Assembly: GCA_016192455.1 (NCBI GenBank)
Contig: JACPUC010000025.1
Location: 62,001-84,356 of the forward strand
Reading direction: 5' to 3'
From: Candidatus Tectimicrobiota bacterium
Lineage (GTDB): Bacteria > JACPUC01
Length of the DNA stretch: 22,356 nucleotides
A program made the position numbers and the translations under genes. Shown here piece after piece: positions 1 to 10,258 of this stretch (positions are counted from its first letter, which is position 1; every line of letters starts with the position of its first letter). The notes beneath the pieces were generated by a model. That model did not search any database. It was not told the DNA's origin and saw only the letters and a program-made list of their open reading frames with translations.

Positions 1-2535
1 CGCCTCTCCCAGCAGCGGGCCGGACGGCAGCCCCAGCCTCAGCAGGTCGTCGCCGCTGAGCAGCGGCGTCATGGCGCGCAGCTCCCGTAGGTAGCGCACC
101 ACGTGCTGCCGCGCCGGCTCGCCGTTGAGGCTCGCCATGAGGCTGAGCACCCCGTCCAGGGAGAGCTGTTCGCACTGCGCCACAATGGCCGCCGGCGGAA
201 CGCCCGGCTGCCGCAGGGCGGCGCTTGCAACCGGCGCCTGGGCGTGATCGGCGAGGAGCCGCTGCACATCCTTGCCCCGCAAGCCCAGCCGCAGCGCCAG
301 GCGCCCCGCCTCGGCGCCATCGAGGCCGCGGACCAGGCCCAGGAGGTAGACCATCCAGCGCCGCGCGCCGCGCGCCGCAGGGAACTCGAGCTGGTGCCAG
401 GCCAGCGCCTCCCGCGTCGCCTGCAGGTGCCGAATCATGCCGACTTCCAGCGCGAGGGCGGGGTGCAGGCAGCGCAGCAGTCCCAGCTCGTCGAGCCGGC
501 CGAGCGCCGGCAGCGGATCGCGCTCCGCGAAGATGAGGCAGAGCTCGTGCAGGATGCGCGGGCCGCTGACGCGACTCAGCACACTATGCTTCAAGGCGTT
601 CTTCAGGAGCCCCAGCGTCTGCCGCCCCATGCGCATGCCGAAGCGCTGCTCGAACCGCACCGCCCGGAAGGCGCGCGTCGGGTCATCGACGAAGCTGAGG
701 CTGTGGAGGACGCGAATGACGCGGTCCTTGAGGTCGTGCTCGCCGCCGAAAAAGTCGATGAGGCGCTTGGCGTGCGGGCGGTTGAGCTTGATCGCCAGGG
801 CGTTGATGGTGAAGTCGCGGCGGCCCAGATCTTGCCGGATGCTGCTCTGCGCCACCTCCGGCAGGGTGCCGGGCGCGGCATAGAACTCGGTGCGCGCCGT
901 GGCCACGTCGAGGCGGAAGCCATCGGGGAAGATCAAGACGGCCGTGCCGAACGCCTGGTGGCTGCGTACCTTGGCGCCGAGCTCCGCGCCGAGGGCGCGG
1001 GCGAACGCCACGCCATCCCCCTCGATGACGAGGTCCACGTCGTAGGTCTCGAGGCGCAGCAGCAGGTCGCGCACCAAGCCCCCCACCACGTAGACGCCGA
1101 CTCCCTGGCGGTCAGCCACCTCCGCGGCCTTGGCGAAGAGCTCCCGGATGCGCGCCGGCAGGCGGTCGCGCAGAAGGCCGGCCACAAATCTTCCCCGTAC
1201 CCGCGAGCCGGCATCGACGCTGAGCAGGCCATGCCCGTCCAGCGGCTCATGCCGCGGCAGGGGGAGGTCGACCTGGCGCCGGCAGATCACCCCCAGGGGC
1301 GCGCCGCTCTCCGCCTTCCGCACCAGCACGCCATGTCCCTGGCTTTCGTGCAGGGCGGCCTCCACCTCGGCGATAGCGGCGTCCGAGGTGACGCTCCGCA
1401 GGCCGTGATCCATGTACTCCCCCACCGCCTCGCCCCCCAGCCCATAGGCCAGGGCGCGGTCAAGGATGCGCCGGGAGACCAGGCCCACCAGCTCGCCCGC
1501 CTGCTCCACCGGCAGCACCTCACGCTGGCGACGCTGCATGAGGGCCTGGGCGTCACGGAGCGTCATGCGCTGCGGAATCGGCAGGAGGGGCGGGCGCGCC
1601 AAGTCGCGGGCCGTCAGGCGGCGCCCGACGCCGGCGCGCAGCAGGCGCACGACGAGCCCCTTCAGCTCATAGAGGGTGCGCTCCTTCACCGAAGCCGAGG
1701 CGGCGCTGGGGTGCCCCCCACCGCCGAGGGCTTGCGCCAGCTCTCCCACATCGACGGCGGGGTGTCGACTGCGGGCGATGCAATGCACCTTGTCCTCCAT
1801 ACGGACCAGGGCCACCACCACCGGCAGCCGCGTCACCTCCCGCAGCCGATGGACCACCGCGGCGGCATCAGGGACGTAGTCCTCCGCCTCGGCCGTGGCT
1901 AGGTTCACCTCCACGCCGTAGATCACCTGATGTTCCATGCCGGCCAGGAGTTGATGGAGCAGGCGCACCTGCGGCGGGTTCAGGGCAGGGTGGAGGTATT
2001 CAAACACCACCGGCGCCTGGGCCCCGTGCGCCAGGAGGTAGGCCGCCGCCTCCAGGTCCGCCGGCGAGGTCGCCACGGAGGTGAACGAGCAGGTGTCCTC
2101 GTAAAGCCCGAGGGCCAGGATGGTCGCCTCCTCGGTGGAGAGCGATATTCCGCGCTGGCGCAGCAGCTCCACGAAGATTGTCGTCGTGGAACCACGCGCG
2201 CAAATGGTATACTCAGCGCCAGGGATGCGCTCCTGCGGCTGGTGATGGTCGTAGCAGCGCAGGCGAACGCCCGGCCGGCGTCCCACCGCGCCCAGCGGCC
2301 CAATGCGCGACAGGTCGGTGGTATCGACGAGCACGAGCTCATCGATGGCGTCCAGGTCCACGTCGGTGAGGTTGAACACCCGCATGGGGCAGAGGGCCTG
2401 GCGGAGGTAGGCGCGCAGAGCTGGCTCCTGCGTGCCGGAAAAGACCGGCATGAGCTCCGGGAAGAGCTTGTGCGCCGCGAGCATCGAGGCGAAGCCGTCG
2501 AAATCCGCGGTGGTGTGGGTGGTCACAACTCTCAT
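1..2535 (-). CDS. DHH/DHHA1 + CBS-pair + class II tRNA nucleotidyltransferase (CCA- or A-adding enzyme); 3' end runs off the window
   Basis: Partly translated by hand from ATG 2535 (MRVVTTHTTADFDGFASML...). DHH motifs: H-x-x-x-D-x-D, LVLVDT, YDHH, GSTTTI, LGLYEDT. DHHA1 motif GGGGHPSAASA. Nucleotidyltransferase motifs: VGGLVRDLLL, DVD, ATARTEFY...RRDFTINAL, DDPTRAFRAVRF. The C-terminal LSGDDLLRLGLPSGPLLGEA is in the same frame at base 1. Confidence 0.93.
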   Translation of the reverse strand, partial: MRVVTTHTTADFDGFASMLAAHKLFPELMPVFSGTQEPALRAYLRQALCPMRVFNLTDVDLDAIDELVLVDTTDLSRIGPLGAVGRRPGVRLRCYDHHQPQERIPGAEYTICARGSTTTIFVELLRQRGISLSTEEATILALGLYEDTCSFTSVATSPADLEAAAYLLAHGAQAPVVFEYLHPALNPPQVRLLHQLLAGMEHQVIYGVEVNLATAEAEDYVPDAAAVVHRLREVTRLPVVVALVRMEDKVHCIARSRHPAVDVGELAQALGGGGHPSAASASVKERTLYELKGLVVRLLRAGVGRRLTARDLARPPLLPIPQRMTLRDAQALMQRRQREVLPVEQAGELVGLVSRRILDRALAYGLGGEAVGEYMDHGLRSVTSDAAIAEVEAALHESQGHGVLVRKAESGAPLGVICRRQVDLPLPRHEPLDGHGLLSVDAGSRVRGRFVAGLLRDRLPARIRELFAKAAEVADRQGVGVYVVGGLVRDLLLRLETYDVDLVIEGDGVAFARALGAELGAKVRSHQAFGTAVLIFPDGFRLDVATARTEFYAAPGTLPEVAQSSIRQDLGRRDFTINALAIKLNRPHAKRLIDFFGGEHDLKDRVIRVLHSLSFVDDPTRAFRAVRFEQRFGMRMGRQTLGLLKNALKHSVLSRVSGPRILHELCLIFAERDPLPALGRLDELGLLRCLHPALALEVGMIRHLQATREALAWHQLEFPAARGARRWMVYLLGLVRGLDGAEAGRLALRLGLRGKDVQRLLADHAQAPVASAALRQPGVPPAAIVAQCEQLSLDGVLSLMASLNGEPARQHVVRYLRELRAMTPLLSGDDLLRLGLPSGPLLGEA

Positions 2536-2643
2536 CGGCTAGACCGCACCGGGGGCGTCCGCACAGCCAAGACGGGAGCGGGGATGCAACGAAGCGCAGA
2601 AGACCAGAACCTACCGCGACACAGGAGGCTGGGAGTCGTTGCT

Positions 2644-2671
2644 AATATAACACGCGAGGTTGAAATATCAA
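2644..2671 (-). promoter_or_regulatory. Putative sigma70 promoter for the nucleotidyltransferase gene
   Basis: Minus strand reads TTGATA-16 nt-TATATT with an extended -10 (TGnTATATT), in an AT-rich patch about 110 nt upstream of the ATG. Confidence 0.55.
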
Positions 2672-2723
2672 GCAGTTAGAAGTTCTGCCCTAGCTTGACA
2701 TGGAGCGCATGCCGACCTACCCC

Positions 2724-2753
2724 TTGGACTTGGAGTCGTCTCAGGCATATCAT
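2724..2753 (+). promoter_or_regulatory. Putative promoter for nfeD (possibly leaderless transcript)
   Basis: TTGGAC-18 nt-TATCAT; the -10 ends 8 nt before the ATG at 2762 and there is no Shine-Dalgarno. A second TTGACA lies at 2695-2700 with only a poor -10. Confidence 0.4.
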
Positions 2754-2761
2754 GGTCAGCT

Positions 2762-4057
2762 ATGCGACACCTTCTCGGCACACTCGTCCTCCTCCTGGTG
2801 CTGCTCCCCGCGACAGCGCCCGCCCGCGAGGTGGTGCTCCTGACGTTTGACGGCCCCATCAGCCCCGTGGCCGCGGAGTTCTTCACCGCCGGCATTGACG
2901 CCGCCCAGGAGCGCAACGCCGAGCTCCTCATCATCCAGCTCGATACGCCGGGGGGGCTGGATACGTCGATGCGCTCGATCATCAAGCGGATGTCCACTTC
3001 GACGGTGCCGATCGCCGTCTACGTGGCGCCGGCGGGAGCCCGCGCCGCCTCCGCCGGCACCTTCCTCACCATCGCCGCGCATCTTGCCGCCATGGCGCCG
3101 GGCACGAACATCGGCGCCGCCAGCCCCGTCAGCCTCACGGGGGGCATGGATGAGACGATGGCCGCGAAGGTGACGAATGACGCCGCGGCCTACATCCGCT
3201 CCCTGGCCGAACAGCGCAAGCGCAACGCGCACTGGGCCGAGCTGGCGGTGCGCAAGGGCGTCTCGATCTCCGCGGAGGAGGCCAAGCGCCTGGCGGTCAT
3301 CGACCTGGTCGCCAAGGATGTGCCGGAGCTCCTGACAGCGCTGGACGGGCGGCGCGTCCACCTCGAGGGTGGCCCGGGCGGCAGCCGCGAGGTCAGCCTC
3401 AGCACCCGCGACGCCACGCTGCGGACGTTCGAGATGTCGTGGCGCCTGCGGGTCCTCAATATCCTCGCCAACCCCAACCTCGCCTACCTCCTCTTGCTGC
3501 TGGGGTTTTACGGCCTCATCTTCGAGCTCTCCAGCCCGGGCTCCATCGGCCCCGGCATCCTGGGCGGCATCTCGCTCATCCTCGGCTTCTATGCCTTGCA
3601 GGTGCTGCCGGTCAACTATGCGGGGCTTCTCCTTATCCTCTTGGCCCTGGCGCTCTTTCTCCTGGAGCTCGTCGTGCCCAGCTTCGGCATGCTCACCATG
3701 GGAGGGATCGTCTCGATGTTCCTGGGATCGCTCCTGCTCTTCGATCGCAGTGTGCCGTTCCTGCGCATTTCCCTCGCCGTGATCATCCCGGCCATCGCCG
3801 CCACCGCCGCGTTTTGCGTGCTCCTTCTGGGGGCCGTCATCCGCACCCACCGCAAGCCGCCGACCACAGGTCTCGAGGCGCTGGTCAATCAGGTCGGCAC
3901 GAGTCGCTCACCATTCCCCGGCACGGGGACGGTGCTCGTCCATGGCGAGCTCTGGCACGCCATGAGCCGGGACACGATCGCGCCGGGAGACCTCGTGCGC
4001 ATCGTCAGCGTGAAAGGGCTTACCCTCACCGTGGAACGACGCGAGAAGGAGGTGTAG
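2762..4057 (+). CDS. nfeD: NfeD family membrane-bound ClpP-class serine protease (long form)
   Basis: Signal peptide, [21 protein letters not shown], hydrophobic TM block ([20 protein letters not shown]...PG), C-terminal OB-like [12 protein letters not shown]...VKGLTLTVE; sits directly upstream of an SPFH gene. Confidence 0.95.
   Translation: MRHLLGTLVLLLVLLPATAPAREVVLLTFDGPISPVAAEFFTAGIDAAQERNAELLIIQLDTPGGLDTSMRSIIKRMSTSTVPIAVYVAPAGARAASAGTFLTIAAHLAAMAPGTNIGAASPVSLTGGMDETMAAKVTNDAAAYIRSLAEQRKRNAHWAELAVRKGVSISAEEAKRLAVIDLVAKDVPELLTALDGRRVHLEGGPGGSREVSLSTRDATLRTFEMSWRLRVLNILANPNLAYLLLLLGFYGLIFELSSPGSIGPGILGGISLILGFYALQVLPVNYAGLLLILLALALFLLELVVPSFGMLTMGGIVSMFLGSLLLFDRSVPFLRISLAVIIPAIAATAAFCVLLLGAVIRTHRKPPTTGLEALVNQVGTSRSPFPGTGTVLVHGELWHAMSRDTIAPGDLVRIVSVKGLTLTVERREKEV
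4046..4053 (+). promoter_or_regulatory. Shine-Dalgarno of the slipin gene, embedded in the nfeD 3' end
   Basis: AAGGAGGT ends 5 nt before ATG 4059; the nfeD stop is 1 nt before this ATG. Confidence 0.8.
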
Positions 4058-4058
4058 C

Positions 4059-4844
4059 ATGCTGTCCTTCGGCACCACGATCTTCCTGGTGATCATCGTC
4101 ATACTCCTGCTCAGTACGGTGAAGGTCGTGAAGGAGTATGAGCGCGCGGTCATCCTGCGCTTGGGACGCCTGCACAAGGCGAAAGGGCCGGGGCTGATCA
4201 TCCTGCTGCCGATGATCGACCGCATGTTCCGCATCAGCCTGCGCCTGGTGACGATGGACGTGCCGCCGCAGGACGTGATCACCCGCGACAACGTCTCCGT
4301 GAAGGTGAACGCGGTGGTCTACTTCCGCGTGATGGCGCCGGACAAGGCGGTCATCGTGGTGGAGGATTACCTCTACGCCACCTCGCAGCTCGCCCAGACG
4401 ACGCTGCGCAGCATCCTCGGCCAGGTTGACCTCGATGATCTCCTCTCCAATCGCGATGAGATCAATGAAAAGCTGCAGCACATCCTCGATGAATCCACCG
4501 ATCCCTGGGGCATCAAGGTGACCAACGTCGAGGTGAAGCACGTGGACCTGCCGCAAGAGATGCAGGGGGCCATTGCGCGACAGGCCGTGGCGGAGCGCGA
4601 TCGGCGCGCCAAGGTCATCCACGCCAAGGGCGAGTTCGAGGCCGCCGCGCAGCTCGGCGCCGCCGCCGACATCATCACCGCGCATCCGGCGGCCTTGCAG
4701 TTGCGCTTTCTGCAGACCCTGACGGAGATCGGCGCGGAAAACAACACGACGACGATCTTCCCCCTGCCGATCGAGCTCCTCCGGCCCTTCCTGGCGCTGG
4801 CCGATGCAGGCGCGAAATCTTCTCCGCCGACGCCCCCGGCGTAG
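4059..4844 (+). CDS. Stomatin-like SPFH/Band 7 (slipin) protein
   Basis: N-terminal [84 protein letters not shown]. Confidence 0.96.
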   Translation: MLSFGTTIFLVIIVILLLSTVKVVKEYERAVILRLGRLHKAKGPGLIILLPMIDRMFRISLRLVTMDVPPQDVITRDNVSVKVNAVVYFRVMAPDKAVIVVEDYLYATSQLAQTTLRSILGQVDLDDLLSNRDEINEKLQHILDESTDPWGIKVTNVEVKHVDLPQEMQGAIARQAVAERDRRAKVIHAKGEFEAAAQLGAAADIITAHPAALQLRFLQTLTEIGAENNTTTIFPLPIELLRPFLALADAGAKSSPPTPPA

Positions 4845-4871
4845 CCGGCGGCAACCGCGCGCCGAAAGCAA

Positions 4872-5069
4872 CGCGCCTCGTCATGACCGCGCGGAGAGGC
4901 GCGGCAGCCGACCCGGGACTTTGCGCCATCCCTGGAACCGGGCGGAAGGAATTGTTGGGGGAAGGCTGAATCGCTAGGGAGGTTTTCGGCCGGATTCTTG
5001 CTCCTGAATCTTGCCGCGAGCCGTGCCGCGCCGCGCGAGGAGGGAGGCGCGCCTCACCGCAGGCACGGC
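4872..5069. repeat. Two GC-rich 8-bp inverted repeats in the convergent slipin/kdsA intergenic region (possible terminators)
   Basis: CGCGCCTC(4872-4879)/GAGGCGCG(4896-4903) and GCCGTGCC(5020-5027)/GGCACGGC(5062-5069). Neither has a U-tract. Confidence 0.35.
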
Positions 5070-5128
5070 GCAGGCAGGCGCGGGGGCGATGTTCCCACGC
5101 ACCACACCGTTGGCGCACCCTGCATCAC

Positions 5129-6022
5129 TCAGCGCGGCGCACGTGCCGCGCGCCGCCCCGAGCTGATCGCATGGATCGCCCGGAGCTGCTCGAGGAGGGA
5201 CGGCAGCTCGGTCTCCGGCAGCATGGTGGGCCCGTCGCTGGGGGCCGTGTCCGGAGCCTCGTGCACCTCCATGAAGACGCCGTCCACGCCGACCGCCACC
5301 GCCGCCAGCGCCAGCGCGGGGACGAAGCGCCGCTCGCCGCCGGAGGAGGCGCCGCGACCGCCCGGCTGCTGGACGCTGTGCGTGGCATCGAAGATCACCG
5401 GGTAGCCGAGCTGGCGCATGATCACCAGCGAGCGCATGTCGGCGACCAGGGTGTTGTAACCGAACGACGCTCCCCGCTCGGTGAGGAAGAGGCGCCGGTT
5501 GCCGGTGGACTCCAGCTTCCTGATCACGTGCTCCATGTCCCAGGGGGCGAGGAACTGGCCCTTCTTCACGTTCACCGCCGCGCCGCTGTCGCCGGCCGCC
5601 AGAAGCAGATCAGTCTGCCGGCAGAGGAAGGCCGGAATCTGCAGCACATCGACGACGGCGGCGGCCTGGCTCGCCTCGTCGGGGCTGTGCACGTCGGTGA
5701 GGATCGGCAGGTCCGTCTCCTCTTTGACCCGGCGCAGGATGCGCAGACCCTCGGCAAGGCCCGGACCGCGGAACGAGGTAAGGGAGGTGCGGTTCGCCTT
5801 GTCGTAGGAACTCTTGTAGATGAGGGGGATGCCGGCCGCCTCCGCGATCGCCTTCAGGCGCCGCGCGCTGGCAAGGGCCCGCGGGGCGCTTTCGATGACG
5901 CACGGTCCGGCAATGAGGAGGAGCGGTTGATCCGCCCCGATCTGCCAGCGCCCAACGCGGACGCGCACGGGCGCTGCGCTGCCTGCCTCTCCGTCCGCGC
6001 TGCCCGCCGAGTCCTGCTGCAT
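5129..6022 (-). CDS. kdsA: 3-deoxy-D-manno-octulosonate 8-phosphate (KDO8P) synthase
   Basis: IAGPCVIES, YKSSYDKANRTS, QIPAFLCRQTDLL, VNVKKGQFLAP, ERG, DATHSVQQPG, FMEVH..P..A.SDG. The true start could be slightly downstream of 6022. Confidence 0.97.
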   Translation of the reverse strand: MQQDSAGSADGEAGSAAPVRVRVGRWQIGADQPLLLIAGPCVIESAPRALASARRLKAIAEAAGIPLIYKSSYDKANRTSLTSFRGPGLAEGLRILRRVKEETDLPILTDVHSPDEASQAAAVVDVLQIPAFLCRQTDLLLAAGDSGAAVNVKKGQFLAPWDMEHVIRKLESTGNRRLFLTERGASFGYNTLVADMRSLVIMRQLGYPVIFDATHSVQQPGGRGASSGGERRFVPALALAAVAVGVDGVFMEVHEAPDTAPSDGPTMLPETELPSLLEQLRAIHAISSGRRAARAPR

Positions 6023-6140
6023 CTGTGGTACTCAATCGCCGCCGGCGGCCCCGCCCCCGCAGCGGCAGAGCGCCTAGCCTTCTTCCAGCACCCCTTGCGC
6101 CGAGTTTGCCAGCCCTCGCGGCCTGACCCACTTGCACGCC

Positions 6141-7769
<1,629 letters not shown>

Positions 7770-7952
7770 CTAGGAGAGTGGAGGAGGCTCCAGGGCAGGT
7801 CGAGCACCTTAGGAAGGAACGTGTTCTACCAGATCGTGTAGCTCTCGCGCCTTGGCGCCCATAGGTGCCACTATATCTTGTCTCCCGGAAGTTTTCCAGC
7901 TCATTTTCTTAGCACCCGACCCCTCTCGTGCAGACCCACCCCGCCGCGGGGG

Positions 7953-8816
7953 TCAGGAGGCGGCGCCTTCGAGCAGCGCGCGCACGCGCTCCAGATCGGC
8001 AGGGGTGTCAACGCCGATGAGATCGAGCGGGCACGCCGGCACCTTGATGCGATAGCCGTGCTCCAGGGCCCTGAGCTGTTCGAGGCGCTCCAGGCGCTCC
8101 AGGGGCGTGCGAGGCAGGGTCACGAACTTCAGGAGGAACTCCCGCCGGTACCCATAGAGCCCCACATGTTTCCAGTAGCGCGGCTGCCCTTCGTCTTCGC
8201 CCACCTCGTGCAGGTCCCGCCGCGCCGCCGGGATCGGGGCGCGCGAGAAGTAGAGGGCGAAATCGCGCAGGTCGGTGACCACCTTCACCACGTTGGCATC
8301 GGCGACCTCGCCGGGGTCATGGAGCGGCACCCGAATGCTGCTCATCGGCAGCTCGGCATCGGCCAGCAGCGGGGCGAGGGCGGCGCGCACGGCAACCTCC
8401 TGGATGAGCGGCTCGTCCCCCTGGATGTTGACGATGAACTCCGCCTCCAGGTCCCGCGCGGCCTCGCCGAGGCGGTCGGTGCCGGTGGCGTGGTCGGCGC
8501 GCGTCATCACCACCTCGCCGCCGAAGGCCCGCACGGCATCGGCGATGCGCGCGTCATCGGTGGCCACGAGGACGGCGTCGAGGCACGGCATGGCCGCGGC
8601 GCGCTCGTAGACGTGCTGGATCATCGGCTTGCCGGCCAGCCGGGCGAGCGGCTTGCCGGGAAGGCGACTGGAGTGGTAGCGCGCCGGGATGAGCGCCACG
8701 ATGCGGCCGCGCGGCCCGCGATGCTCACCGGCGCGCGCGGGCTCCTTCATGGCCGACGCCTCCAGCGCCGCGGCGGAGGGGCGGCGACCCTTTTCCTGGC
8801 TAAGCTCAGTAGGCAT
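7953..8816 (-). CDS. kdsB: 3-deoxy-manno-octulosonate cytidylyltransferase (CMP-Kdo synthetase)
   Basis: IPARYHSSRLPGKPL, VATDD, GTDR, VNIQGDEP, VVKVV, YFSRAPIP, HVGLYGY, LEQLRALEHG, GVDTPADL. The start is 8816 (overlapping the upstream stop) or 8750. Confidence 0.97.
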   Translation of the reverse strand: MPTELSQEKGRRPSAAALEASAMKEPARAGEHRGPRGRIVALIPARYHSSRLPGKPLARLAGKPMIQHVYERAAAMPCLDAVLVATDDARIADAVRAFGGEVVMTRADHATGTDRLGEAARDLEAEFIVNIQGDEPLIQEVAVRAALAPLLADAELPMSSIRVPLHDPGEVADANVVKVVTDLRDFALYFSRAPIPAARRDLHEVGEDEGQPRYWKHVGLYGYRREFLLKFVTLPRTPLERLERLEQLRALEHGYRIKVPACPLDLIGVDTPADLERVRALLEGAAS

Positions 8817-10218
8817 CGCGCGCGGCCAGGCAGCGCCATACCGTCATGGCGATGATGCGCAGATCGAACCAGAGGGACCAGTGCTCGATGTAGTAGAGAT
8901 CGTACGTAATGCGCCGTTCCAGCGAGGTGTTGCCGCGCCAGCCGTTGATCTGCGCCCAGCCGGTCATGCCGGACTTCACCTTGTGCCGCAGCATGTACTG
9001 GGGCACGAGCTGGCGGAACTTCTCCACGAAGACGGGCCGCTCCGGCCGCGGGCCGACGATGCTCATCTCGCCCCGCAGCACGTTCATGAGCTGCGGCAGC
9101 TCATCAAGGCTGAAGCGGCGCAGCCAGGCGCCGACGCGCGTGCGGCGCTGATCGTCGGGGGTGGCCCACACCGCCCCCGTCGCCTCCTCGGCGCGCTCGC
9201 GCATGGAGCGGAACTTCAGCATCGTGAAGGTGGTGCCGTCGAGACCCATGCGCTCCTGGCGGTAGATGACGCGGCCGGGCGAGCTGAGCTTGATGGCGAT
9301 GGCGATCACCCCAAAGAGCGGCGCCAGCAGCAGCAGGCCCAGCCCGGCCACGAGGAGATCGGCGAGGCGCTTCAGGAGGCGGCTCCAGCCGACCAGCGGC
9401 GTCTCCTGGAGATTGACGAAGGGGATGCCCTCGAACTCCTCGACGCTGCCGCGCATGGTGCGGTACTGCAGGAGGTCCGGCGCCACGCGGATGTCCACCG
9501 GGGCGTCGCCGATGCTCCGCAGCACGCCCTCGATTCGCTCGTAGGCCTCCAGGGGCAGCGCGAGGATCACCTGATCGATCTGGAAGCGCTTCAGGAAGCT
9601 CCCCACCTCCTCGTAGGTGCCGAGCACCTCGATGGTGTCGACGAAGGTCTTCACTTTCTCCAGTCGGCGGGTGAAGAAGCCAACGATCTTGAAGCCGAGC
9701 TCGGGGTGGGCGTTCAGGCGCCGGGCGATCTCCCGCCCCAGCTTCCCGGCGCCGACGATCACCACGTAGCGCAGGTTCATGCCGCGCCGCCGCATCTCTC
9801 GCAGCACCGCGCGGAAGGCCAGGCGATAAAGGCTCATGCCGCCCAGGCAGAGGACGCCGAAGAAGGCGAACGCCACGCGGGAGTAACTGTAGCGGCGGTC
9901 CAGGAAGGTCACCGCAAGGAGGGCCAGCATCCCCAAGCCGATCTGCCTCGTGAGGCTCGCAAGCTCGCGACCGATGCTGGTGGTGCGACGGGACTGGTAC
10001 TGGTAGCCGTAGTGGAGCACCACCGCCCAGATCGGCACGAGGTAGATGAGCAGGTAGAGGTACTGCGCCAGCGGCGGGACCGTCTCCTCGGGGTGGAAGA
10101 GCGGCACAAGGGGCGTGGCGAAGCGCAGCTCGTAGGCGCCGATCCAGGCTCCCACCGCGATGAGGAGGTCCCCCAGAAACATCAGGGTAGAGAAGAACTG
10201 GCTGTGCTGGCGCAGCAT
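8806..10218 (-). CDS. Undecaprenyl-phosphate hexose-1-phosphate transferase (WcaJ/WbaP-like initiating phosphoglycosyltransferase)
   Basis: N-terminal TM helices, CoA-binding-like VVIVGAG domain, [75 protein letters not shown]. Confidence 0.93.
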   Translation of the reverse strand: MLRQHSQFFSTLMFLGDLLIAVGAWIGAYELRFATPLVPLFHPEETVPPLAQYLYLLIYLVPIWAVVLHYGYQYQSRRTTSIGRELASLTRQIGLGMLALLAVTFLDRRYSYSRVAFAFFGVLCLGGMSLYRLAFRAVLREMRRRGMNLRYVVIVGAGKLGREIARRLNAHPELGFKIVGFFTRRLEKVKTFVDTIEVLGTYEEVGSFLKRFQIDQVILALPLEAYERIEGVLRSIGDAPVDIRVAPDLLQYRTMRGSVEEFEGIPFVNLQETPLVGWSRLLKRLADLLVAGLGLLLLAPLFGVIAIAIKLSSPGRVIYRQERMGLDGTTFTMLKFRSMRERAEEATGAVWATPDDQRRTRVGAWLRRFSLDELPQLMNVLRGEMSIVGPRPERPVFVEKFRQLVPQYMLRHKVKSGMTGWAQINGWRGNTSLERRITYDLYYIEHWSLWFDLRIIAMTVWRCLAARDAY

Positions 10219-10258
10219 GGCGAGGCTCGCATGGCCCGCTCGGCATCACCCCGGCGCC

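Noticed and set aside
103..1902. 599-aa plus-strand ORF (and 1930..2679)
   Set aside because: Antisense shadow of the motif-rich nucleotidyltransferase gene; no recognisable motifs; typical of GC-rich codon bias.
2762..4844. nfeD-slipin pair as a novel system
   Set aside because: This is a well-known, widespread conserved gene pair with no unusual features seen.
4845..5128. 284-bp convergent intergenic region as tRNA/ncRNA or small gene
   Set aside because: There is no tRNA cloverleaf or recognisable RNA family, and short GC-rich stems are expected by chance at this GC content.
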